Assembly (NCBI GenBank): GCA_963627065.1
Contig: CAVGAA010000004.1
Location: 1,147-65,146, forward strand
Direction of reading: 5' to 3'
From: a bacterium
GTDB lineage: Bacteria; Bacillota; Clostridia; Oscillospirales; CAG-272
Length of the DNA stretch: 64,000 nucleotides
Position numbers and translations under genes: made by a program. This document shows positions 48,640 through 59,209 of the stretch, one piece after another; the first letter of the stretch is position 1, and the number at the start of each line of letters is the position of its first letter. The notes under the pieces were generated by a model. It was not told the DNA's origin, ran no database searches, and worked only from the letters and a program-made list of their open reading frames with translations.

Positions 48640-51171
48640 ATGCAACAATATACAGTTAGCGGAATGAGTTGTGCCTCGTGCGTTGCAAGAGTCGAAAAGG
48701 CGGTCGGAAAAGTCGCGGGCGTTACATCGTGTGCCGTCAGCCTTTTGACCAATTCCATGGGCGTTGAGGGTAATGCCGATCCCGATGCGGTTGTAAGAGC
48801 CGTCGAGCAGGCAGGTTACCACGCCGAGCCGAAAGACCGAATGTCCGAAAAGCAAAGCATCGCCGAAAAGCACAGACAGGCGGAGGATGCTCTCGCCGAT
48901 AAAACCACTCCACAACTCAAAAAACGACTCTTTACGTCAATCGGCTTTTTGGTAGTCCTCATGTACGTTTCCATGGGGCATATGATGTGGAACTTTCCTC
49001 TCCCTCCCTTCTTTGACGGCAACCACGTCGCCGTGGGACTGGCGGAATTGCTCCTTTCAACCGTGATTCTGGTTATCAATCGGCAATTCTTCGTGAACGG
49101 TTTCAAAGCACTTCTGCACGGCTCGCCCAATATGGACACTTTGGTCGCACTCGGATCGGGAGCATCCTATCTGTGGAGCGTTTATGTTCTCTTCGCTATG
49201 ACGGGAGCAGTCGCAAATGGCAATACCGATGCCGTTATGGCTTATATGGACGAGTTCTATTTCGAATCGGCATCCATGATTTTGACCTTGATCACCGTCG
49301 GAAAAATGCTCGAAGCACACTCCAAAGGCAAAACAACCGATGCACTGCGAGCCTTGATGAACTTAGCACCGCAAACCGCTACCATTCTGCGTGACGGAAA
49401 AGAGTTCACCGTTCCGGTTGAAGAAGTTGTCACGGGCGATCTGTTCGTCGTACGTCCAGGGGAAAGCATCCCCGTCGACGGTGTTGTCACGGACGGTGAA
49501 AGTGCCGTCAACGAATCGGCTCTGACCGGTGAAAGTCTGCCGGTCGATAAAAGTGTCGGGGACAAAGTTTCGTCCGGAACTGTCAACCAATCGGGATTTT
49601 TAACCTGCCGTGCCACAAGAGTCGGCGAAGATACCACACTGTCGCAGATTATCAAAACCGTGAGCGATGCATCGGCGACAAAAGCCCCGATCGCAAAGAT
49701 TGCAGACAAAGTCGCAGGCGTGTTCGTCCCGTCGGTCATTTCAATTGCGGTTGTCGTGACGGTCATCTGGCTATGTGTCGGGAAAGAATTCGGTTATGCT
49801 CTGGCTCGCGGAATTTCGGTGCTTGTCATCAGTTGCCCGTGTGCGTTGGGACTTGCCACACCGGTCGCAATTATGGTCGGTAGCGGTGTAGGAGCGAGAA
49901 ACGGCATTCTGTTCAAAACGGCGGAATCGCTCGAAAGTACCGGTCGCACCGAAATTGTGGCACTCGACAAAACCGGAACGGTCACAACGGGAGAAGCGAA
50001 CGTCACGGACGTTCTGCCCTGCGGTTCGGCGACGGCAGAAGAATTGCTCTCGACCGCATACGCCCTTGAAAAGAAAAGCGAGCATCCTCTGGCAAAAGCC
50101 ATTGTGCGATATGCGGAACAAAAAGGGCTTGATACGCCCCCCGTCGATGCGTTTGAGGCTCTCACCGGAAACGGTGTCAAGGGTGAACAGAACGGAAAAA
50201 CAGTTTTGGGCGGTAGCGTCAAGTTTATCGGCACAAAAACAGATTTGACCGAAGAAACGCAAAAAACGGTCGAAAAATTGGCGGACGGCGGAAAAACGCC
50301 ACTCCTCTTTTTGCGTGACAATGTTCTGCTCGGCATCATTGCGGTGGCGGACACGATAAAAGAAGACAGCAGGCAAGCCGTTGCGGACCTGCGGAATATG
50401 GGAGTGCGTGTCGTGATGATCACCGGCGACAACGAGCGGACGGCGAAGGCGGTTGCGGAATCCGCAGGCATTGACGAGGTGGTTGCAGGCGTTCTGCCGG
50501 AGGGCAAAGCGACTGCCGTGAAGAAATTACGGCAGAGCGGACGGGTCGCAATGGTCGGTGACGGCATCAACGATGCACCTGCCCTCACCGAAGCGGACAT
50601 CGGCATTGCAATCGGGGCAGGCACGGATGTTGCAATCGATGCGGCGGACGTGGTCCTGATGAAAAGCAATCTTTGCGACGTGCCGTCGGCAATCAGGCTC
50701 GGTCGGGCAACACTCCGAAACATTCGGGAAAATCTCTTTTGGGCGTTCTTCTACAATGTCATTTGCATTCCTTTGGCAAGCGGTGCGTTCGTGTGGGCAG
50801 GCATCACGCTGAATCCGATGTACGGTGCGGCGGCGATGAGTCTTTCGAGTTTCTGCGTGGTCACGAATGCCCTGCGACTCAATCTTTGCAAGCCTTACGA
50901 CAGACGTCACGACCGAAAAATTACGCCGAAAAAGAGTGCAAAACACGGCTTGCTTTCGGCAGGTACCGTAACGCTCACTGTCGGCGGTATGATGTGCGGG
51001 CACTGTGAAAAACGTGTCAAAGAGGCACTCGAAACTCTGCCGACGGTCGAAAGTGCCGTAGTTAGCCACGAGAGCGGAACGGCAGTGGTCACTCTGACGG
51101 CAGAAACAGACAAAAAAACGCTTGCGACCGCCGTGAAAAACGCAGGTTACAAGTGCAAAAAAATAGATTGA
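48640..51171 (+). CDS. copA: Copper-translocating P1B-type ATPase with N- and C-terminal HMA domains
   Basis: 843 aa. Motifs seen are GMSCASC, a CPC motif ([12 protein letters not shown]), DKTGT and GDGINDAP. A second HMA domain (GGMMCGHC) lies at the C-terminus. Confidence 0.9.
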   Translation: MQQYTVSGMSCASCVARVEKAVGKVAGVTSCAVSLLTNSMGVEGNADPDAVVRAVEQAGYHAEPKDRMSEKQSIAEKHRQAEDALADKTTPQLKKRLFTSIGFLVVLMYVSMGHMMWNFPLPPFFDGNHVAVGLAELLLSTVILVINRQFFVNGFKALLHGSPNMDTLVALGSGASYLWSVYVLFAMTGAVANGNTDAVMAYMDEFYFESASMILTLITVGKMLEAHSKGKTTDALRALMNLAPQTATILRDGKEFTVPVEEVVTGDLFVVRPGESIPVDGVVTDGESAVNESALTGESLPVDKSVGDKVSSGTVNQSGFLTCRATRVGEDTTLSQIIKTVSDASATKAPIAKIADKVAGVFVPSVISIAVVVTVIWLCVGKEFGYALARGISVLVISCPCALGLATPVAIMVGSGVGARNGILFKTAESLESTGRTEIVALDKTGTVTTGEANVTDVLPCGSATAEELLSTAYALEKKSEHPLAKAIVRYAEQKGLDTPPVDAFEALTGNGVKGEQNGKTVLGGSVKFIGTKTDLTEETQKTVEKLADGGKTPLLFLRDNVLLGIIAVADTIKEDSRQAVADLRNMGVRVVMITGDNERTAKAVAESAGIDEVVAGVLPEGKATAVKKLRQSGRVAMVGDGINDAPALTEADIGIAIGAGTDVAIDAADVVLMKSNLCDVPSAIRLGRATLRNIRENLFWAFFYNVICIPLASGAFVWAGITLNPMYGAAAMSLSSFCVVTNALRLNLCKPYDRRHDRKITPKKSAKHGLLSAGTVTLTVGGMMCGHCEKRVKEALETLPTVESAVVSHESGTAVVTLTAETDKKTLATAVKNAGYKCKKID

Positions 51172-51184
51172 TTGAGAGGAAAAG

Positions 51185-51442
51185 ATGATGTTCAAAACAA
51201 CAATGAAAATCGACGGTATGATGTGCGGTATGTGCGAGGCACACATGAACGATGCAATCCGTGGAGCGTTTGCGGTCAAAAAAGTGACGTCTTCGCACGC
51301 AAAAGGCGAAACGGTCGTCATCAGCGAGGAAAAACTCGACGAGGAAAAACTGCGTGCGACGGTCAACGCAACCGGTTACAAACTCGGCGATATTACGGTC
51401 GAACCGTATGAGAAAAAAGGGTTGTTCCACTTCGGGAAATAA
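51185..51442 (+). CDS. copZ: Heavy-metal-associated domain protein (copper chaperone-like)
   Basis: 85 aa. The metal-binding motif is MKIDGMMCGMCEAHM. The gene lies directly downstream of copA. Confidence 0.6.
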   Translation: MMFKTTMKIDGMMCGMCEAHMNDAIRGAFAVKKVTSSHAKGETVVISEEKLDEEKLRATVNATGYKLGDITVEPYEKKGLFHFGK

Positions 51443-51457
51443 CCGATTAAACGCAGA

Positions 51458-51497
51458 GGGGCTGTACTGAATGCGACAGCCCCTTTTCTGTTTTTTC
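51458..51497 (+). terminator. Rho-independent terminator after copZ
   Basis: GGGGCTGT (51458-51465), a 10-nt loop, ACAGCCCC (51476-51483), then TTTTCTGTTTTTTC. Confidence 0.7.
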
Positions 51498-51510
51498 ATT
51501 GTTCGGTTGT

Positions 51511-52440
51511 TCAGTCCGCATAGAGAACCAAGAAATCGCTCACGGTTTCCTCGGCGGTGGAGAGCAGATTTTTCTGCTCGGACGAAAGCAGAAGTCGCAT
51601 ACCGTAGGAAGACAGATAATAATTCGCACGCACCATAGGACTTTGCTCGGCACTGTCTGACGCCGTTTCGGTTTCCGTGTCAATGCCGATGTCGTCTTCA
51701 TTCGTCAAATCGAGCGTTAAAAAGGGCAGTTTTTGTCCCAGTGCGTAAAGAATGTCCCATCCGCCGTCCCCTTCCGCCGTGGCAAGTGTCACCGACACGG
51801 AAAGCGTTACACTGTCCCCCAAAAGCAATTGCAATTTTGTGAGATACAGATAGGTCGATTCAAAATTCTTATCACTGAAATCCATACCGACAAGCAGAAT
51901 TTCCCTCCCACCGTAGGACAAAAATTCTTCCAGTACCGCAGAATCCCGTTTGGCAAGTGCCGTATAGACGGCATCGTCTTCACCGTCCGGCAAATTCGGG
52001 TGCCAAGTCCCGACAAGATAGGACACGACACCGGTTAAGTTTTCCATACTTTTTTGCGGAGTGGTGTTGGGACTTTCGATCGTATCGAAGCCGAGATATT
52101 CCGCAACCTGCGACTTGTAATAGAGTTTTCCGTCTGCTGTGCTCAGAGGCACGGACAGTGCATTCGGCGGATCGCTCCCGAGCGATCTCGTGGAATTTCC
52201 GAGTCGGAAGGAATATGCCATGACCTGCGGGGACGTGCGATTCGGGGTGTCGCTTTCCTGCTCTTTTTCACTGCCGGTCGTCAGTTTTTTGTATGTTTCA
52301 TCGTCCAAAACGTGATTCAGAATGTTGCCGACAACAATTGCAAGCACCAGAACAATGCCTGCCACAATTGCGACAATGGCAAGCGGAGGCAGTTTGTGCC
52401 GATAATTTCTTCCGTGATAACTTTTGCCGTAGCGGTACAT
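51511..52440 (-). CDS. Hypothetical membrane-anchored protein
   Basis: 309 aa. It has a basic N-terminus followed by one TM segment (LPPLAIVAIVAGIVLVLAIVVGNIL). No family was recognised. Confidence 0.5.
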   Translation of the reverse strand: MYRYGKSYHGRNYRHKLPPLAIVAIVAGIVLVLAIVVGNILNHVLDDETYKKLTTGSEKEQESDTPNRTSPQVMAYSFRLGNSTRSLGSDPPNALSVPLSTADGKLYYKSQVAEYLGFDTIESPNTTPQKSMENLTGVVSYLVGTWHPNLPDGEDDAVYTALAKRDSAVLEEFLSYGGREILLVGMDFSDKNFESTYLYLTKLQLLLGDSVTLSVSVTLATAEGDGGWDILYALGQKLPFLTLDLTNEDDIGIDTETETASDSAEQSPMVRANYYLSSYGMRLLLSSEQKNLLSTAEETVSDFLVLYAD

Positions 52441-52472
52441 ACGCCCCTCCTTCCGATATTCCGATACAGAGA

Positions 52473-52500
52473 TACCCCGACAAAAGCATCGGGGTATTTT
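52473..52500. terminator. Stem-loop between two minus-strand genes, with its T-run on the plus strand
   Basis: TACCCCGA (52473-52480), an 8-nt loop, TCGGGGTA (52489-52496), then TTTT. The orientation of the T-run does not match the flanking minus-strand genes. Confidence 0.3.
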
Positions 52501-52540
52501 CCGTATTTACAAAATGAAATATAACTGTCCGAATTACCGA

Positions 52541-53386
52541 TTATTCGGCATCAACCGTCGGAATGGCATCGGCGTATGCTTTGACCGTGTCGGGGGCGGT
52601 TGTGGGAACGGTGACGGTTTCAAGTTGACTTGCACCGTAGAAAGCCAGATCCTGCGTGGGATCGGTATTTTTCAATGTGGACGGGAGCGTGAGCGTTTTG
52701 AGGCTTGTTGCGTTCATAAAGCACTGCTCGCCGAGCGTTTCAACGCCTTCCGCAATCGTCAAGGTTGTAAGACCGGAGCAACCGAGGAATGCACCTGTAC
52801 CGACCGTTTTGACACTCGCCGGAATCGTGAGTGTTGTCAGTGCCTTGCAATCCGAGAAGCATTGCCGTGCGATTTCGGAGAGTTTTGTTTTCGAAAGATC
52901 ACCAATGTCGGAAAGTTTCGTGCAACCGTAAAAGGCAGCCTCGTCAATGCTTTCCAATGTGGACGGGAACGAAACTCTTTCAAGTTGTTTGCACTCTGCG
53001 AATGCGTATTTTTCAATCGTGACAAGCCCTTCGGGGAGAATCACTTCTTTGATATTCGAGAACGAATGGAACGCACTTGCCGAAATGGAGACAACCGTTT
53101 TGGGTGCGACACTCGAATCGGTACTGGTCTGAACCGTTGCCGGAATGGTGACGGTGTGCGGTGTGTCAGGTCCTACGTAACCCGTAATGGTCACCGTGTC
53201 ACTGTCGATTGACTCGAAAGAAAGTGTGCCTTCGGTATCTCCGCTACCGATTTTTACACTGTCGATGACGGCTTCTTCCTGCTTGTACTGATCCCAGTCG
53301 GTCGTACTGCTGTCCGAAGAACAAGCCGTGAGAGTCAGAAGGGTGCAGGCGACAAGTCCCGCAGACAAAAGTTTGATGAGTTTCAT
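52541..53386 (-). CDS. BspA-type leucine-rich-repeat lipoprotein
   Basis: About 281 aa from the ATG at 53386 (MKLIKLLSAGLVACTLLTLTACSS). The LRR_5-like repeats read ISASAFHSFSNIKEVILPEGLVTIEKYAFAECKQLERVSFPSTLESIDEAAFYGC. Confidence 0.7.
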   Translation of the reverse strand: MKLIKLLSAGLVACTLLTLTACSSDSSTTDWDQYKQEEAVIDSVKIGSGDTEGTLSFESIDSDTVTITGYVGPDTPHTVTIPATVQTSTDSSVAPKTVVSISASAFHSFSNIKEVILPEGLVTIEKYAFAECKQLERVSFPSTLESIDEAAFYGCTKLSDIGDLSKTKLSEIARQCFSDCKALTTLTIPASVKTVGTGAFLGCSGLTTLTIAEGVETLGEQCFMNATSLKTLTLPSTLKNTDPTQDLAFYGASQLETVTVPTTAPDTVKAYADAIPTVDAE

Positions 53387-53524
53387 ATTTGAATCCTTTC
53401 CGAAATGCTTTTGTGCATCGTAATATCGTATCAACTAATCATTATATAAGATTATGACAAAAAAGTCAAGTGGAAATTGTAAATTTTTCTGTCTTTTGCC
53501 GATTTTTCGGTACAAAATTGCCCG

Positions 53525-54310
53525 TTAAACGAATTTTTCGGCTTTGAGTCGCAACCGTCCTTTTTTCGTTTCGCCTTCGAAAGCTATCAGGCGGAATTTT
53601 CCCGTTCCCCGAACCGAGATCGTGACGGGTGGCATAAGGTTCTTGTCGGCTCTCGTTTCGGGAAGATAATCGACCTCTACGAGTCCGCTCTCAATCGTCT
53701 GCCGTGCGGTTTCCCGTGATTTTCCGGACAGCGATGCGACAATGCAATCCAGCCGTGCGGATGCTACCGTGTCGGTGACCGTTACGGTTTTTCTGCCGTC
53801 CGTAAAACTTTCGTCCGGTGTATAAAGCGTGCATCTGACTTTATCGTTTGCGACTTTTTCCATATTTTCACAAAGGAATTTTGCAATTTCTCCCGTTGTG
53901 AAAACGACTGCCGAACAGTTGTTTTGCAGTGCGATGTCGCCGACCGAATCCCGCTCGATTCCGAGTCCCAAGAGCGAACCCAGATAGTCACGGTGCGACA
54001 GTTCCCTATAACCACTCCCGACGATTTTTATCGCCGTTACGGCATTTGCTATTTTTTTCTCGTCCGTGTAAAACGCAGGGTTGTCACGGTCATCTTCGAG
54101 CGGAATCCATTCGGGAAACAGAAAAAGTCGACGTCTTTCCGCCGTCTCGTAACCGCCGTAAAATTTTGCTCGGTCCGCAAAGCCCCGCACGGTGAGTTCC
54201 TGCTTGGTTTCAATCTGCTCTCTCGGAGTGAGATAGGGACTGCACGTAATGTTGCCTTTTTCAGCCGAGCGAATGAGATCGTCCAGCCTTGCCTCGTTAA
54301 ACTCTCCCAT
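53525..54310 (-). CDS. ylmH: S4-domain RNA-binding protein YlmH
   Basis: 261 aa. The C-terminal S4-like motif is ARLDCIVASLSGKSRETARQTIESGLVEVD. The gene sits in conserved ylmE-sepF-ylmG-ylmH order. Confidence 0.7.
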   Translation of the reverse strand: MGEFNEARLDDLIRSAEKGNITCSPYLTPREQIETKQELTVRGFADRAKFYGGYETAERRRLFLFPEWIPLEDDRDNPAFYTDEKKIANAVTAIKIVGSGYRELSHRDYLGSLLGLGIERDSVGDIALQNNCSAVVFTTGEIAKFLCENMEKVANDKVRCTLYTPDESFTDGRKTVTVTDTVASARLDCIVASLSGKSRETARQTIESGLVEVDYLPETRADKNLMPPVTISVRGTGKFRLIAFEGETKKGRLRLKAEKFV

Positions 54311-54311
54311 A

Positions 54312-54587
54312 TCAAAGAATCCGAATGACCGTCTGCAAGAGACTCAACACAACAAGCGTAATGAGAAACGGCACGTCTATCGGCGTTGACTGAAACCAGT
54401 TTTTCTTGACACACAACGCACGGATCGGCAGAATCATCGGTTCGGTGACAAGATACAGAAATGCCGAAAAACGTCCGGAGCGTTCCGGATCGAACCACGA
54501 CATAACCGCCCGAAGGAGAAAGCCTATCTGCACGATGTCGATGAGGAGCAAGAGCGTATTCCTGATAATTGTAACTGCTATATCCAT
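54312..54587 (-). CDS. ylmG: YggT/YlmG-family small membrane protein
   Basis: 91 aa with two hydrophobic segments and the LRAVMSWF motif. The gene context supports the call. Confidence 0.7.
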   Translation of the reverse strand: MDIAVTIIRNTLLLLIDIVQIGFLLRAVMSWFDPERSGRFSAFLYLVTEPMILPIRALCVKKNWFQSTPIDVPFLITLVVLSLLQTVIRIL

Positions 54588-54671
54588 TTATTCTCTTTCC
54601 GAAAAAGAGTGAAGATAACAAGCCTCGTCTTCACTCTTATCGTCTTATTTTTGAAGAACTTGGCAGAGGAA

Positions 54672-55193
54672 TTATTCCTCGGTCGGTTCTTCGGCGGGTT
54701 CTTCTTCCGGTTGCGGTGCTTTGGGTGCGGGTGCAGGTTCTGCTCCCAAATCCTGAGCCAATCCCGTGATGTCAACGCCTGCGGGGGACACCACAATGGT
54801 ACTGCGGTTGGTTTTGATCATCTGACCGCCGAGTACGTAAACCGCACCTGCCATAAAATGTACCAGTCTGTTTGCCTGATCTCTCTCCAGTTTGCTGATA
54901 TCAAGCAGAACGATATTGCCCTCTTTGAGTTTGTCGGCAATTTTGGTCGATTCGGTGTGGCTCTTCGGTTGCATGAGTTTGAGTGCGACTTTATCGGGTT
55001 GTGCCGGTGTCTGCGTCGCCGTGGAGATGGGTGCTTTGACGTTGCCCATAGCACCGGTGGCGGTGGGGGCAGGTTGGCTTTCCTCTACATCGGCTTTGAT
55101 GTCATCGTCAAGGTAGAGATCGTCGAATTCTTCCTCGATGTCTTCCTCTTCACGGGCGTTATCGTTTCCCAAAAATTTCTTTAACAGGTTCAT
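54672..55193 (-). CDS. sepF: Cell-division protein SepF
   Basis: 173 aa. The conserved C-terminal domain reads PKSHTESTKIADKLKEGNIVLLDISKLERDQANRLVHFMAGAVYVLGGQMIK. Confidence 0.85.
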   Translation of the reverse strand: MNLLKKFLGNDNAREEEDIEEEFDDLYLDDDIKADVEESQPAPTATGAMGNVKAPISTATQTPAQPDKVALKLMQPKSHTESTKIADKLKEGNIVLLDISKLERDQANRLVHFMAGAVYVLGGQMIKTNRSTIVVSPAGVDITGLAQDLGAEPAPAPKAPQPEEEPAEEPTEE

Positions 55194-55954
55194 AATTCAA
55201 TCTCCTTTTCGGCTGTATTTTGATTCGAATTTTCTTCGTATGTTTCGTCTTTCGGCGGTAAGAACAAAGCCCGTCCGACTCGGACATAGTCCGCTCCTTC
55301 CGCAATTGCGACCTCAAAACTTTCCGACATTCCCATCGAAAAAATCGGTCCACCTATATTATGATAGATTTTTTCCCAAATGTCAAGACCTATTTTGTAA
55401 GTTTCTTGAAAATATTTATGATATTCTTCTTTTTTTTCGCATTTCGGTGCCATTGTCATGAATCCGCAAAGCCGGAGATGCCCCAATTCCGCAATTTTCC
55501 GGCAGAGGTCTTCCGCATCGCACGGAGCGACACCGCTCTTGTTTTCTTCGTTTCCGCTGTTGATTTCCACCAAGACGTCCATGCATTTCCCACGCTTTGC
55601 CATTTGTTTTTCAATCTCCTCCGCCAGCGGTACGGAATCGACCGAATGGATCATTGCGACACGGTCGGCAAGGTATTTGACTTTGTTTTTCTGGAGCGTT
55701 CCGATGAAGTGGAATCTTGCATTCGTAAGCCCCATTTTTTCAAGTGCCTCGCTGTGTTCGAGCAGTTGTTGGACACGGTTTTCTCCCAAGTCGCAAACAC
55801 CGAGTCGCAGAAGTTCCGCAATATGTTCCGAGTCGGTATATTTCACCGCCGCTATGAGTTTGGTCTGCCCGCATCTGCCGACCGACTTTTCCGCCACGGC
55901 GATTTTTTCAAGCACGGCATCGAGATTATTTTTCATATAGGACAGGTCTTTCAT
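55190..55954 (-). CDS. ylmE: YggS/YlmE-family pyridoxal-phosphate homeostasis protein
   Basis: 254 aa. The PLP-Lys region is KLIAAVKY. RLCGFMTMAP is also present. The gene overlaps sepF by 4 nt. Confidence 0.8.
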   Translation of the reverse strand: MKDLSYMKNNLDAVLEKIAVAEKSVGRCGQTKLIAAVKYTDSEHIAELLRLGVCDLGENRVQQLLEHSEALEKMGLTNARFHFIGTLQKNKVKYLADRVAMIHSVDSVPLAEEIEKQMAKRGKCMDVLVEINSGNEENKSGVAPCDAEDLCRKIAELGHLRLCGFMTMAPKCEKKEEYHKYFQETYKIGLDIWEKIYHNIGGPIFSMGMSESFEVAIAEGADYVRVGRALFLPPKDETYEENSNQNTAEKEIEL

Positions 55955-57177
55955 TGCTTGTAAACCTTCCCCTCGTATAGATTTTTCCCCGACAGAATCA
56001 TAAGATCGTTGATAGCAAGATAAGCGGTTTCCTTGTCCGGTTCGGAATCGCTCTCGTCCGCCAGATAATAGCCGTCCCGTTCTGCCGTGACCGAAATTCT
56101 GCGGAACGCGACAACACCGCTTTTGAAAATATACACACCGACGTCGCCGTCTTTTTTGACAATCGCCTGCTCCGGAATATACAGTCCCTCGTTCTCGTCC
56201 ATTACGATTTCAACCGTTTGCGAACGCAGGAAAGAAAAGTCCGCAGGCGTTGCATCCGAACGCAGAATCACCAGTTTTTCGCCCGATCCGTCTTCCGCAT
56301 CACGCACGGCAGTGCAGGTCAGTTTCAGAACTCTGTCGCCGTTTTCGGGGAATGTTACCCGATAGAGCGTATCGACCTCCGGCACGGTTTCGACGTCGGC
56401 GGGCAGTGTAAATACCAAATACCACGTATACCCGTAGCAGAGTTTTCCGACCACCGTTTTGCCGGATGCTGTCGCCTCTGTCTGTTGTAATGCCCGAAAG
56501 GTGTCGACCGTGAGCGTGCCTAACACATTCGTCTGAAAGTATTTTTCCAAGCCGTCCACGTTATTCGCATCGTAATAATAAGCCGATCCGTTCTCATTCC
56601 TGACCGTGACTTTTTCGCCCGTGAGCAGACCGTTTCGCTCCGCAGTTAAAAGGTCCAGCGTCTTTTTGATGCCGTCTTCACCCGAAAGGAGCGATGCATA
56701 GCGGTTGAGCGAAATCAGGGTACTGTCGCCGGCATCCGACACGCCCGACCAGTTGCCCGACCGAATGCTTTTCCGAATCTCGGAAAGTGCCTCTTTTGCA
56801 TTGCTCCGATAGGTTGAAAGGTCCGATAGTTTTGCACCGTCTGACAAAAGGCTTTCTTCGAGCAGGGCAATCTGGCGGTTTAACGTGTTGAGTTTGATTT
56901 GCAGATCCGAAAGACTTTCGCCGTCCGTGTCCGTCGGGTAATAGACCTCTGCAAGTGCGGTATTTTTCTTTGCTTTCGTTCCGCTGTCGGTTAGGACATT
57001 AACCAGTCCCCTCTCCGATCCGGTGAGAATTTCTTCGTCACGGAATAACCAGCCCTCTCCGGTGATAACGGTGGTATCGGTGACGGTTTTGACCGGTGTT
57101 GTAGTAAGACTGCCGGAAGATCCGCCGACCGCATGATAGAGTGTATAAACGATTAGGCATCCGAGCAGTACCGTCAA
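55951..57177 (-). CDS. Membrane-anchored HlyD-like (barrel-sandwich plus coiled-coil) protein
   Basis: 408 aa with a TTG start and an N-terminal TM segment. It has a lipoyl-like stretch (GLVNVLTDSGTKAKKNTALAEVY), a coiled coil (LQIKLNTLNRQIALLEESLL) and a beta-barrel-like C-terminus. Confidence 0.45.
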   Translation of the reverse strand: MTVLLGCLIVYTLYHAVGGSSGSLTTTPVKTVTDTTVITGEGWLFRDEEILTGSERGLVNVLTDSGTKAKKNTALAEVYYPTDTDGESLSDLQIKLNTLNRQIALLEESLLSDGAKLSDLSTYRSNAKEALSEIRKSIRSGNWSGVSDAGDSTLISLNRYASLLSGEDGIKKTLDLLTAERNGLLTGEKVTVRNENGSAYYYDANNVDGLEKYFQTNVLGTLTVDTFRALQQTEATASGKTVVGKLCYGYTWYLVFTLPADVETVPEVDTLYRVTFPENGDRVLKLTCTAVRDAEDGSGEKLVILRSDATPADFSFLRSQTVEIVMDENEGLYIPEQAIVKKDGDVGVYIFKSGVVAFRRISVTAERDGYYLADESDSEPDKETAYLAINDLMILSGKNLYEGKVYKQ

Positions 57178-57247
57178 ACCGATTCTGCCGAATCGACTGT
57201 CAAAGCGACGTTTGATAGTACCACCCCCAAAAAAATCAACTGTTTTA

Positions 57248-58171
57248 TCAGGTCATGTCAACCCAGTGGACATAAGTTTTTGCCTTGAACCACGTCATTT
57301 GCCGTTTGGCGTATTGTGCGGTGGCGGTTTTGAGTTTTTCCGTCGCCTCCGCAAGGCTTTCTTTCCCGTCTAAATACGGCAAAAGTTCTTTATAACCGAT
57401 TGCGGACGATGCGGTCGCATTCACTTCGAAAACGCCCTCACGGAGCAGTTGCTCGGTTTCGGCTACCAGTCCGTCATACATCATTTGATCGACACGCAGG
57501 TTAATCCGTTCCCGCAGTACGCCACGCTCCCAATGCAGTCCCAGAACATAGGGGCAGTAGGATTCGTCAAACGTCGACGTCATTCTGTCCGATTCGGTTT
57601 TCGTCCGACCGGTCACACGGTAGATTTCCAATGCCCTGATTACTCTCGGAATGTTGTTTTCGTGAATCGCATCGGCACTTTCGGGATCGACCTCACGCAA
57701 GAGATTGTGCAGTGCGTGATTGCCGTTTGCAAGGCGGTACTGTTCGAGTTCTTCACGCACGTCCGGCGATGACACGGCTCTGTTGTCGCTACCGCCACGC
57801 AGAAGTCTGTCGAGGTAAAGTCCCGTCCCTCCGCAGAGAACCGGCAATTTGCCCCTTTCGTGTATTTCGACTATAATTTTTTTTGCCCCCGACACATACT
57901 CGGCACAGGAGTAAACTTCTGTCGGCTCGACGATGTCGATCATATAATGCGGAATGCCCTGCATTTCTTCTTTTGTCGGTTTTGCCGTGCCGATATTCAT
58001 TCGCCGATAGACCTGCATCGAGTCGCAGGAAACGACCTCGCCGTTGTATTTTTCGGCAAGTGCGACTGCAAGACCGCTTTTTCCGCCTGCGGTCGGTCCC
58101 ACGATTGCGAGGAGCGGTATTTTTGTAGGATCGGATGCGAACATTTCAAAAGCCTCATCGATTTTTACCAT
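57248..58171 (-). CDS. miaA: tRNA dimethylallyltransferase
   Basis: 307 aa. The P-loop region is IVGPTAGGKSGLAVALAEKYNGEVVSCDSMQVYRRMNIGTAKP. Confidence 0.9.
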   Translation of the reverse strand: MVKIDEAFEMFASDPTKIPLLAIVGPTAGGKSGLAVALAEKYNGEVVSCDSMQVYRRMNIGTAKPTKEEMQGIPHYMIDIVEPTEVYSCAEYVSGAKKIIVEIHERGKLPVLCGGTGLYLDRLLRGGSDNRAVSSPDVREELEQYRLANGNHALHNLLREVDPESADAIHENNIPRVIRALEIYRVTGRTKTESDRMTSTFDESYCPYVLGLHWERGVLRERINLRVDQMMYDGLVAETEQLLREGVFEVNATASSAIGYKELLPYLDGKESLAEATEKLKTATAQYAKRQMTWFKAKTYVHWVDMT

Positions 58172-58222
58172 CGCGATTCCTCCGCCGTTTCCGAATTCCC
58201 GACAGATCGGGTACTCTGTAAT

Positions 58223-58251
58223 ATTATACTACAAAAAAACGAAAATGTCAA
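58223..58251 (-). promoter_or_regulatory. Putative sigma-A promoter of miaA
   Basis: The minus strand reads TTGACA (58251-58246), a 17-nt spacer, then TATAAT (58228-58223). The -35 box overlaps the stop codon of the upstream AraC gene. Confidence 0.45.
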
Positions 58252-59069
58252 TCTTTTTTGCAAGAAGAACGGTAAGATGTCGGAGAAATTCCGACAACCG
58301 AATGAAAAACCCTTGTAAAATAGGAGTGCGACGCAAAACCGCACCGCCGTGCGACCTCGCAGGTATCGAAATTTCCGTCCGCCAGCAGTTCTTTGGCTCG
58401 TTCGCAACGGGTTAAATTGATAAAGCCTGCACAGGTATAGCCGGTTACCCTTTTGAAGCCGTGTGCCAAGTAGGAATGACTGATGCCGGCAAATTCGGAA
58501 AGTTCAACCGGTGAGAGATTCGGATCGGCGTAATCGGTGCGGATGCGACCGATGATTTGTCGGACCGCCGAGAGCATTTTGCCGTCGCCGTGTCGGTCGT
58601 CCGCCGTAGAATAAGACCTGCACAAATGTGCCACCGCAGACAGAATATTCGCACGGATTGTCGGAATGCGGAACGGTTCGGCGTTGTCATTTTCATACTC
58701 GTGTTTGAGATTTTCAAAGCAAGCCGAGAGTGTTTTATCTTCGATTGCGGTATGCGGAAAGTTGAGCGTTGCCGTGTCAAAGCCGTTTGCGATACAGAAA
58801 GAGCGGTCTATAATGAGATAGTGATAGCGAAAGACCGTATCGCCCCAGACATCGTGCAAAGCATTGGCGGAAATGACCGCAAACCGACCTGCTTCGAGTG
58901 CGATTTTGTTACCGTCGCAGAAAACACCGCCGACTCCGGAATCCGCCTGAATGATTTCAAGATTTTCGTGCCAGTTCGTTCCGCCGGAATGCGTGGGAGT
59001 GATTTTGGAATGGCGAAAGATAAACGGCAGTTGCGGTTCGGTGAAAACATGCAGTTCGTAACGGCTCAT
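58248..59069 (-). CDS. AraC-family transcriptional regulator (cupin plus HTH)
   Basis: 273 aa. The C-terminal double HTH reads ELSEFAGISHSYLAHGFKRVTG...VARRCGFASHSYFTRVFHSVVGISPTSYR. Confidence 0.8.
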   Translation of the reverse strand: MSRYELHVFTEPQLPFIFRHSKITPTHSGGTNWHENLEIIQADSGVGGVFCDGNKIALEAGRFAVISANALHDVWGDTVFRYHYLIIDRSFCIANGFDTATLNFPHTAIEDKTLSACFENLKHEYENDNAEPFRIPTIRANILSAVAHLCRSYSTADDRHGDGKMLSAVRQIIGRIRTDYADPNLSPVELSEFAGISHSYLAHGFKRVTGYTCAGFINLTRCERAKELLADGNFDTCEVARRCGFASHSYFTRVFHSVVGISPTSYRSSCKKD

Positions 59070-59119
59070 AAAACCTCCAAAAAAGCAAAAAAGTGCAAAT
59101 CAAGGGCAAAAATTTATGA

Positions 59120-59148
59120 TTGACAAGCCACTGTAAATAGTATATAAT
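59120..59148 (+). promoter_or_regulatory. Putative sigma-A promoter of the isomerase gene
   Basis: TTGACA (59120-59125), a 17-nt spacer, then TATAAT (59143-59148). Confidence 0.5.
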
Positions 59149-59209
59149 AAAATCGTCAAAATTGCAAGAGCAAATTTTGAAAAAACAAAGATTTCCGGAG
59201 GTATTTTTT

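Noticed and set aside
49794-50723. 309-aa and 279-aa minus-strand ORFs (49794-50723 and 50527-51366) inside copA-copZ
   Set aside because: They are antisense to a complete P-type ATPase. The translations are Ala/Ser/Arg/Pro-rich and typical of the reverse frame of a GC-richer gene. There are no start context signals.
54049-54621. 190-aa minus-strand ORF spanning the ylmG/ylmH junction
   Set aside because: It lies in an alternative frame overlapping two genes with conserved family signatures and conserved operon order. No motif or RBS is present.
57178-57252. Longer N-terminus for the HlyD-like protein: the upstream in-frame sequence ...TIKRRFDSRFGRIG looks like a genuine basic cytoplasmic tail
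   Set aside because: There is no ATG, GTG or TTG between the in-frame TGA (57253-57255) and the TTG at 57177. A non-canonical start such as ATC cannot be shown from sequence alone, so the TTG start is retained.
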